Assembly (NCBI GenBank): GCA_018398765.1
Contig: JAHBMJ010000304.1
Span: 1-51,133 of the forward strand
Source of the DNA: Chromera velia
Lineage: Eukaryota
Direction: 5' to 3'
Length of the DNA stretch: 51,133 nucleotides
A model generated the notes under the pieces. That model was not told where the DNA came from. It ran no database searches and saw only the letters and a list, made by a program, of their open reading frames with translations. Both the position numbers and the translations under genes were made by a program. Positions 38,124 to 48,508 of this stretch are shown here, one piece after another; the stretch's first letter is position 1, and each line of letters opens with the position of its first letter.

Positions 38124-39318
38124 GAACTTATCGACAAACTAGGCTAGATCCGCTTCCCCTATATGGGGACGCGACATGCATGACAAAACTAGATAAAACC
38201 CTCAATCATCATTTTTTGTGCATACCGGCAGTGACCTATGTGATAATGGACCCTATTTCGCCTATATAAGGGGCTCTCAGATAGTAAAAAAATTAAAAAC
38301 ACTTTGTATAGCAAAATTAAGCCTATATATAGCATAGTTATGACTTTTTAAACACTTTTAAAGGTTTTTTACATGTTCTAGCTTGTTTAGAAGATTATAT
38401 ATTTGCCTTAAAAAAGCTTTAAAAAGGTTTCCCAACTATGGGGGCAACATATGCATCATGGAGGTAGCAATCATCATGAGATAAAAATATAGGCTAGCTA
38501 GGGGTATTTCCATGAAAACGCTGGCATCTATCAAACATTTGGCGCACAGAATTGTATGCCTAGATCTAGTGAGCCTTCGAAATTGCACGCTCAGCCCCCG
38601 CACTGACGCTAAGGCCCCGCCGCCACTCGCCGTCCCACCCGGCACCCCCACTTACCCCCTCAGATCTCTCTGTCTACCATACAATGCCCCGTTAAGCACA
38701 TTATCTGTTACCAGAAACCCCGCAATGCTAAGAGACATAAGCTGTGCATTGTCTCCGTCGTCTGCATTATTGTTTTCTATCTGTTGATCCTGTGCATTAC
38801 CAGTCTCAGGCACTGGCAATTTAAGGAACTCCCCCTGCGTTCCAGGGGACCTGCCCCCATCTATGTTGCACCTATAATTAGGAAGCCTTTTTAAAACTTT
38901 TTTAAAACAAACATATAAATTTCTAAACAAGCTAGAATGTGTAAAAAACCTTTAAAAGTGTTAGAAAAGTTATAACCTTTAAAAGTATATAGGCTTAATT
39001 TTACTATACAAAGTGTTTTTAATTTTTTTACTGTCTGAGAGCCCCAAATAGGGTCCATTATTACATAGGTCACTGCCGGGATGCATGAATCGGAGATTCA
39101 CATACGCGCTCTTCCACCATTCTTCGTGGTATGCATAACAAAACCCTCGATCATCATTCTTCCACCTCAACTCTTTGTAAGTGCCCCTCAGCTACGCTTT
39201 CCAGGCCATGCTAAAACTAATGATAAAGGGTTTTCTTATGTATGCCGGCGATGATGCCGCATCTCCATCGTATTCCTAGATATGAGGGATGGATCTAGCC
39301 TAGTTTATGACAAAGTTC
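38124..39318. mobile_element. Older inverted-repeat element hosting the long-TIR insertion
   Basis: Inverted AAACTAGGCTAGATCC (38136-38151) / GGATCTAGCCTAGTTT (39291-39306) with looser outward extension; true ends not resolved. Confidence 0.4.
38229..39075. mobile_element. Non-autonomous element with ~220-bp TIRs, flanked by CCGG, carrying a gene-like fragment
   Basis: Arms ~38229-38451 and ~38862-39075 are inverted copies beginning CAGTGACCTATGT; CCGG at 38225-38228 and 39076-39079; ~410-bp internal spacer. Confidence 0.85.
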
Positions 39319-40079
39319 CGTTTTTTCTAGCGTTTTCCTGTTAGTCTCGATTCTAGGTAATTCTAAGAGCAAGCTTATTGATTATTTTTACATATTTTTA
39401 ATGTGTAATTTACTAGGTAATTTATAACTCCTGGCCTTAACGATAAGATAGAAAATAATATAGAAGAACAAAAAGAAAAAATGATAGGCGACACAAAAGC
39501 TTGATAACATTTTAAAGTCGGCAGCCGTCTCCTGCTCAGAAGGAATCTCAACTTTTTCCGGAGAGAGATTGTGTTCGTTGAGTCGCGTTCCCTGCTGTAG
39601 GCTCACCATGATTTTTTCAGAAAGATTTTCAGACCCGTTAACGCGTCACCTCTCCTCTCTACCTCTCTTGATCCTGCATTCAGAGAGAAAACTTTTTCTT
39701 TCACTCTCACATTCTCTTTTACAACAGTGTCTTTTCAGTATATCTTTTCCTCCTTTCGACTCAGAATTTTCGTTTGCACCAAACACTTAATGTCTTTGTT
39801 TGGAGAAGTGCGTTCGAGTATGGAGCCCTGTAGAAAGGACCTCCCTGAACCTAAATACCACTTGAAAGTTCAAGCCGCATTTTTGGATAAGCTTAAATGT
39901 CCATGCCGCAGGTACGGATCATTCACAGTGTCTTGAAAGCTAAAGCCGCATATCCGGACGGTGTCTTAAACGTCTACGCCACAGTTGTGGACGGTCTAGG
40001 ACGGTCTTTTGAAAAACAATGCCGCAGATAGAGATCATCTTGATTATATTTTTTCAAGTGACACTTAGGTTCAAGGAGG

Positions 40080-40900
40080 TTGCAGAAGGCATGCCCACTT
40101 CCTCCAGGTGCTTTCATGGAGGGACTTGAGGACTACTTCAATAACTTGGCCATTCACGCACACAACTGTCTGTCTCTTTTATTTCATTCTCGACTTGAGT
40201 CGAAGGAGAAGGCAGGTGTTTCTTGGGGTAGTAGAAAACGAAATCGTGGCAAAAATCGCCGCGAGAAGGGCCAGCCGCCAGCACAGCAGCCAGCGTCAAG
40301 CTCAGCGCCTGCCCTGTCCCCCACAGCTCCCCCTCTACCTTCCCTTTCCTCACCAATATTGCCGTCTCCACCTACGGAAACACCTCTTTGCCCCTCTACC
40401 GATCAGACTGCTGTTTTACCGAAAAAAACGACTGCCTCTAACGTTCCTGCTTTGCCTAGGCCTCTGCAATCCGACCCACGTAATGCAAATCTAGATCGCA
40501 CCGTCCGGAAGACTATACTAGTTGCCCTAAGGCTTTCTTAGCCTGCCGTGCCGAAGGCCGAGAGGTGAAAACAGAAGAAAGAGCGTCGTGCTACCACTGT
40601 GGCTGCCTGCTTTAAAGAGCGAAACTCATCGGCTTCTGCACTCACCACCCCTGATCCCATTTGTCCCTCCAGCAACCTCATATCCTGCTCTTCAGAAATC
40701 ATACCTACGCGTTCGAAGCCTCAGAGTCCTGACCCGCCGAAGACCTCAGAGCTGAATCAGATCCCAATCATCATTAAATGGTTCGAATCCGCTCCAAACT
40801 GATCCTATGTCCACTCACACTCAATCCCTAACTGAAGTTTGAAGTCATTCGGCATCCTAAAACCCAAGAAGAGATAGAGATAGATAGAGGTCTGTAGTTT
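40080..40900 (+). pseudogene. Degenerate intronless Pro/Ser-rich reading frame, possibly a retroelement ORF1 remnant
   Basis: ORFs 40080-40541 and 40599-40802 share one frame, separated by TAG/TGA codons that can be read as CAG/CGA with C>T. No recognisable domain. Confidence 0.3.
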
Positions 40901-41791
40901 GATCTATGGTAACCCCAACCAACCTACTCTTCATCGCGAGTACGTCGATCGACGTCGACCCTACCACACTGCCTCCCACTCTGTTGCCGTCCGTCTATTG
41001 GGCACTGACTGAGCACAGTCAGGCTCAGCCCGCTCCAGCGCCACACACATTACCAGCTGTCCCTACCCCTGATTCGGAGCCTCGCAAGGGGAGGTGCTTG
41101 CAAATCCCTCTTTTCTAGGTGGTTTTGAGTGCACTTGTTGCAGGAGAAAAGAAAAAAAAAAGAAGAAGAAAAAAGGTATCTGTGTTGTGTGCCGCCTGAG
41201 TGCGGCCCACATGAATAGCACAGCGGCTACGGTATGTCCGATACCAAGCATACGGGGGCTACGACAATTATTCCATCCACCGCATCCACACTAATTATTC
41301 TGGCTCAGCACAGCTCTCTCTGTCACTGTTCTGCCCAGATGACTGATGGAATGAAACCTATTCTCTAGATTAACATACTTCACATGACTGGATCTGAATC
41401 TGTTTGTCCTCTGTTATGCTAATACATAGGCTAGCACACGTCATCTTCTTTTCTTGGCAAAGACTACCATCTTTTAGAAGACTCTGAGGAAGACTTTCAT
41501 CAAGGAAGGATACAACTGATTTATTCTTTTTCCAATCAAGCTTCTTCTTCCTCTTTCTTCAGCCAAAAGCCTCCAAGTTTTTTTCATATTTTCTTTTTTT
41601 ATAAAATTAAACTGCCTACTGCAGCCTACATGAATAACCTTTTTATATAATTTTCTTTAAGTTATATGCCATACCGAATCTGAATAATCAAAACTGTTCC
41701 AACATCAAATGTTTTAATTATTAATCAAATCACATTGCCAAGAGAGACAAAAGTTGCGTCGACAAAAAAACAACTCTTTGTATACAGTAGG

Positions 41792-44122
41792 TAAGGATGG
41801 CTATCGTATCAATATCGATCGATATTGATAAACATCGTATCGTATCGATATCGTTTGACCTCTAAAAAAGGCTATATCGTCAATATTTCCGATATTGACA
41901 TAAAATTTTGAGCGTACGAGCCCAAAACCCAGTGCAAACAGTACTATTTAACATTTCCTAATCCTATAAATTTTAAGAGATTTTTTGGAAACGTAAAATT
42001 TATTAAGCAACTAGTAAAAAATTGTGTAGAGCTTCAAACTATAAGGGGGGCTTCGCCCCCCTTACCCCCCTAAATTAAATATTTTGTCAACACACTGGAA
42101 CACACATGTATAAAGTATATTTCAGATTGAAACACCATAAAGCTAGCCACAAAACAACAATAATTGAGAAGCTTTTGTGATATTCTGTCCCCCAGGGCCT
42201 GAGACCTCTCAATCCACTGCGCAATCACTGCATGCCAAGTGCACTCAATCCATAGTGAACTTGGACATATGTCTATACCACTCCTTATGTCTCTTTTTCA
42301 GAGCTGCCAAAGCAGCATCTGATGCAGCACTCCGCTTTTTTGAATTTACATTAATACCGTACAGTAGTCAAGCACACGAGTATGTAGATCGACCTTCAAT
42401 TGTATTTCAGTCACGCAGGCAAGCACATCGACTGTTACGATTCAGTCACGCAGGCATCTCTAAGTCAGAGTCTATCGAAGTCCATAAAAATCAACCAATA
42501 TGCAAAACGGCCTGCCGAGACTTCAAGGCTGCAACAAATTGGTAGAATACATCCATGGTAATACACTTCTTAGCTTTCTAGACTTTGGGGAAAGCCTCTC
42601 CTTCCTCTACGGAGCGAGCACAAGTAACAAACTGACCGGTCATTCCAGGGAGCTAGGGCAAATCCACTTATAAAAAAACCAAACAGCACTGCTTGTGGTT
42701 TTAAGGACCAAGACAAATACATTGGAATACAAAGGTTTCAAAAAGGAAACAGAGAAACGGTCTTGGTGTGTATTTTGTAATTGACAGGGTGTGAAGCAGT
42801 GTGAAGACTGAACCGTTGCTATATGGAAGGTCAACATTGAAAATCAAACAGTAAGCCGGCGCCAAGCAGCAAGCTTTTGTAAAAGATGATGTCATCAGAA
42901 GTGGATGTTATTGACCAAATACTAATGGTGAAGTGGCAAGCTTCAATGACAGAGTATGGATGTCACTAAATGACCATAACCTCACTTGTGACTGACCTTT
43001 CTAAATCTTAGTTCGCCCATATTGATATCTTGGTCGATCGAGGCACCAAGATGGTACGATGGTGTTCCCACCAATGATTAGAATGGGAGTACTGCATTGC
43101 TTCTCCACACCATTTTCTTTGGAGGGAGGGACAACGACCTGATATATTCCATGTTGGCCTGACCTTTGAAAATATATAGAGCCAAACGTCAGACCTTGTC
43201 ATGTTTTCAAGAGAGAAAGATTGCTTCGCACAGGCAGACCAATTCTACTCGATAAAGTTTGAAACTATCAGCATATGTTTATGACATCAAATTGAATACA
43301 AACAGGACAGAAAGTCGCACGAGAGACGTTGGGCTGGAACGTTTGGAGGCAGTAATGAACCGCTGGCCATTTTTTAATTGCTCCATCGCCTCGGGGGGTA
43401 GCTCAGCTCTACTGAGATCAGCCAAAAGGCCCTGAAATCGCATGCACTCGCATAACGCATTTTTTCATTTTGGGGGGGGGGGATCGGTTTTATCTCTGTC
43501 TGTCATGGTTGATCGGACCCGGGTGTCGCCCAAGTTCTAAAATATGCCCCTCAAGCAACTCGCACAGAGCTGCGATCGCATATATATCCCTCAATTACTT
43601 TGCGCACGCGTGCATACCCCTCAAGTGACTCGTATGGAGTTACACATATATACGATACGCGCGCGGTCCCGAAAAGCATACTTTGCGCGCGTTGCCGTGG
43701 CCCCCGTCTCATGCATGGCAGCATATACAAGACATGCCGAAGCCCCCGATGGTGTGTATCAATCAAGTATTAGCCAACTCCCTATAAATAGCCCCCCGAG
43801 GCACTCACCCAACTGGTTAGGTAAATCCCGTGTATGCATGTGTGCATGCATTAATTCTTTTATGGCCGCCCAAAGCCAGTTAGAGATACAAAGATCCTAT
43901 GCATGCAGCAGCGGGCTCAACGCAGGCCGTTACGTGGGCCTGCATGCGTAGCATGGACCGCCTTGCACGTGCTAAGACCTAGGCATCTCTAAAAAATAGG
44001 AGACCCCGAGATGGACATCGATATCGAATCGATATTTCCTAGAAAGCAAACTGGCCGATATCCGATATTGATATTCGATATCGATACGATATTTTTTGAT
44101 ATGAATACGATAGTCATCCTTA
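41792..44122. mobile_element. Non-autonomous hAT-like DNA transposon (2331 bp)
   Basis: TIR TAAGGATGRCTATCGTAT (resembles the Ac-type TAGGGATG end); 8-bp TSD ACAGTAGG / GCGGTAGG (two G/A mismatches); dense ATCGAT/CGATA subterminal repeats at both ends; no intact transposase. Confidence 0.8.
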
Positions 44123-44795
44123 GCGGTAGGCCACATATACTGCTGCGAGCTAGCAGCGCACTTTCTCTTTGCACAGCAATCGTGTTTCATATCAAGCAAT
44201 ACAATCTACCAAGTAGATAAAAACTTTTCAAAGTTGAATGATTCAGAAGTTTTTATTTTACGAGAAATTATTTTTAAGAAATAAAAACAGTCATATAAAA
44301 CATGCCCTTACATACTTCTGAAAAATTTTTAATTTTAAATAATTGAGTGGATCCTTTCACTATCTGAATACAGACCTTTACAAAGTGAATAATAATTTTT
44401 ATATCTATACCAACGTGATGAATTTTTTGAGCAAAAAAAAATCTTTATCGATATTATCAATCGATTGAAGTTCTAATCGATAGGACAGTCGACGATGGGG
44501 CAACGAAGAAAAAAGCTGTGCAGATTGATCACAGCGGTCAATCCTCAATCTTATCTACAATATTATATTAAACTCAGCCTTGTCTCCAAACAGTTCAACG
44601 ATTCCTGAACCAAATTCTTTCTTTTTCTTCTTTATGCCACGCATATTTCCTCCTACACATCCAACCCCAGTGAGGAATTCAGGATGCAAGAGGAAAGCTG
44701 TGTGCGGTACAGGTGCGTGCACTAGATCATACAAGCCCTCAACTCATTCCAGCAACAGTCTGACTCACTCCCCCCATTTCTCTGTCTCTGTCTGT

Positions 44796-44971
44796 CTAGG
44801 CAGGAATTTTGATCCAGGACTTTGTCAGAGCTCTGTACAGATCCTTCCGCTCAATGAAGAACGTCCCGTCGCTGGGGGCCTTCACAAACCCGCAGGCATC
44901 CCGCACCTGCACGCACATTCGAATGTTGCATGACGTCACATGCGCATATCACACAGACACACAGGTACACA

Positions 44972-45006
<35 letters not shown>

Positions 45007-46401
45007 GCACGCACGCACGCAAACTCACAGATAGACAGACCGACGAACATACGAATGGAGACAGAGACATAAAAACACAGAAGAGCAGGCACAGCTAGAG
45101 GCAGCCAACCCACGCACCTTCGGATTTTTGTTCCAGAGGTCGGACTCATCCGACCAATCGTGCACCCACTCCCCCTTTGCCCCCCAGGGGTTATGAACTT
45201 TTAGTAGGGAGAAAGCAGACCCCCCACACTTCGGGTACGCCCCCACAATGCCGTATGCATGGAAGGTGATCAGTCCCGTTCCTTCGTTTCTCTTCTCTCC
45301 CGCCCCCCCTCCCTTCCGAGGGCTGAGGGCAGTCACGAGGCCCCCCTTCGACAACACACTCACAATATCGTCGTAGGCCTTCTCTCCCTCCGCCTGGTTT
45401 CGCACATACGTCACGTACTGTTTTCCCCGACCAAGAAGAAGAGTGGACACCCCCCGCATCCCCCACAAAGTGTTCGCCCCCCCCCCCCNNNNNNNNNNNN
45501 NNNNNNNNNNNNNNNNNNNNNNNNNNNNNNNNNNNNNNNNNNNNNNNNNNNNNNNNNNNNNNNNNNNNNNNNNNNNNNNNNNNNNNNNNNNNNNNNNNGC
45601 AAGACCCGGGAATGAGGGCTGGTGCCCCAGCCGTGCGAAGGTTTTCTCCAAGAGGGCACACCAAATTTCGTTCCTGTTGGCCCCGGAAGGCTTCGCTCCG
45701 CAGTATCCGGAGACCTTCCCGTCCTTCCCCCTTCTGACAGGGAGGTAATCGTCCAGGAGCACTAGACGAAAGGAGCCGGTTTTGTGATTGAAAAGACGAA
45801 TAATGTACGCCCCAGCCGGATGAATTTTGTTCCCGAGCACGAATGTCTCCTCGAGGGCTTTCGGCTGTTGTCGCGCCGCTGCCATGAAGGCTGCAAGGAG
45901 CCAACAGTCGGGAAGGTTGCCCTGACGCAAGTCATTCCACTCAGCCCCGTTCTCGAAAGGGACAAGAGGGACAGTTGAGAAATCCTCATGGTACGTGAAT
46001 ATGTTTGTTTTGGGGATGGTGGAAAGGCCAAATTCGACGCCGCCCTTCTCCACAGGGAACTTTGCGATCTCCAACCACCTTGCGTCATTCGTCTTCTGTC
46101 CAACGAACACCCAACGCATTTTGATCATCGAGTTTCGGCTGAAGACCCCCCCCACCTCTGTGTCTGCCCATTTCTTCAGTTTCCCTTTGTATGTCACCCA
46201 GTATACCTGCATGCAGCATCGCGGAGGGAACAAAGGGAGGGAGAGAAAAACGTAGGCCGACGGAAAGAGGAAACGAAAGAGAAGGAATTGGTATACAAGG
46301 GCGCTAAAGGCAGAGGGAGAAAGGGAAGTCTTGTCAGTGTGCGGCCAGCTTTCCTCTGTATCTATGCACACGAGAGAGAGAGCTAAGGAGAAACAGAAAG
46401 A

Positions 46402-46445
<44 letters not shown>

Positions 46446-48477
46446 AAGGATGTCAAGAGTGATGTACGGGGGGGGGAAGAGGGGAGACGGAGACACTAAG
46501 CGTGCATCCATACAAGTACATAGACTCGTATGAACGACGCCAACGTCTGTCTGACTGACTGACCGCGACGGTCTCCTGCAGGTCGTTTTTCGCCTTCATC
46601 ATCATTCTCTGCGTCCCCTTCTTGCCGCCCTTCGACCGCCCCCATGGGGGAGAGATGTCGACAGAAATTTTGGAGACCCTCTCCAGGGAGTACTTCTTTT
46701 TGTCCAAGCGAATCAGGGGAGGGAAGATAGGGTCAGTGAATGTCTTCCCGTTGGATGCCAAAGAATCCAAATACGCAACAATCGCCTTCCTGTTTGAAGG
46801 AGTGTCCTCGATGGAGAACGTCAAATTGTTGAAGGGAACCTCTGAGGAAGAGGAGGACTGGTGGAATTTGATCAGAGCCCCGAGGTGATCTTTTGCCTCC
46901 CCCTTCACCCACTCCTTGTGCTCCTTTGTTTGGAATTTGGTCTTTATCTTTTTGGCAAAGTCCCCCATTCTCAAATTCGTGTGGGGGTGCCGGGCCTGGA
47001 ACCGGAACAGCGCCTTTCCGGCACGTGACACCTGCATAGATGCACGCATGCACGTGTGTATATGGATGAGATTGTGAATATAGAATGAAGTATGCCCATG
47101 GATGAACGAATACAGATTCCCTAGCACAAACAGGAATCAGACATGATACTGCGTGTTGCCTGCCTTTTCTTCTGCAAATGTATACACATGCGTCGGGGCT
47201 GCAAAGAATCAAGAGGCAAATAATATGTGTGGACGCTCAATTGGTCAATAAGACATCGTATACGCCAATTCCGTGCATGATCTTTAGCTCCCTGCTGTGT
47301 AACTGATCAAGCTTACCAATACGCAATAATGATTGTCTTTGCTTCTGCATGAGGTTTGTTTTTGATCTGATTCATGTCTTTATGAATTTGTATATGAATA
47401 TTGAGCATGAAGGCAAAAGGTGTGTACTACCTCAAACACGTGTCCGTTGTATGTGTTCAGAGTGGAGAAGCCCTTCCAAGTCGTTTGGAAGTTGCCCAGC
47501 TCGCCTGCGGCTGTGATCCACCGCAACTGCAGAATGATTGGAAGGGAATCTTTTTTTTTTCTTTTTTTTGTATGAAAGTAAATGCCTGAGGCTGTGATCC
47601 ACCGCAACTGCAGAATGATTGGAAGGGAATCAAATTCTTCAAGAAAATCAACCACATCTTTTGCTGCTTGGGCGAAACTCAAAAAAATGATGGTCTGTGT
47701 TTGTGTTATCTTCAAGCTTTCTTTTGCTCTACAAGGGACAAGTGAAAATGATCAAACGACCGAAAGAAAAAATACCCTTCCCCTTACAAAAGTACGACTA
47801 CTCGGTCCCTCACATCCCATGCAACTTCTCTCATACATCATCTCTGCATGTCTCCGCTTTAGTTATTTCATTGTGATCATGTACACAGGAGGGATCCATT
47901 CCTCTCCAAATCCATCTTCCCATCCATCCATCCATCCATCCATCCATCCATCCATCTATCTATCTATCTATCTATGCAGCTGACTGACTGACCTCCATGT
48001 TGGATCCTGTGAAGTTGAAGAGCTGCAGTTTCATCGCGGCGTCTCCTCCATCAGGCAGCTTTTTGGTTTCGGTGTTGACCTTCTCAGAGACCTTCAGGGA
48101 CTCCAAATCCGTCAGAGAGGAGAACCCGCCCCTCGAGAGGCATAGATCAATCAGACCTCCGAAAGTAGGCTTCCTCTTGCCGACCTCCCCCTCGAAGTGG
48201 GCCCTCAGCTTTGGGAAGTCCCCCAATACCAGGTTCAAGTGGGGCAATTTGCACTGAAATCGGAGGAGCGTCTCCCCGTCTCTCGTCACCTGCGTGTGGA
48301 ATTAAATGCATTTAAGTTCGATGAGGGAGCACTCAGACGGAAGGACGCCATAGAGGATCGAGTCCACTGGTACAAAGGGAACTAAGGGAATGTCGCTGTA
48401 CAGGAAGATGCTGGTCTTGATGAAAAAACTGGAGGGGACTTACATTGATTACATTTGACTTCTTTTTTCCTTTTTCT

Positions 48478-48508
<31 letters not shown>

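Noticed and set aside
42177..43300. hAT transposase inside the 2.3-kb element
   Set aside because: All frames are riddled with stops and show no recognisable BED finger or hAT dimerisation motif.
43393..43460. tRNA-like start GGGGGGTAGCTCAG
   Set aside because: No T-loop GGTTCGA or acceptor-stem partner follows.
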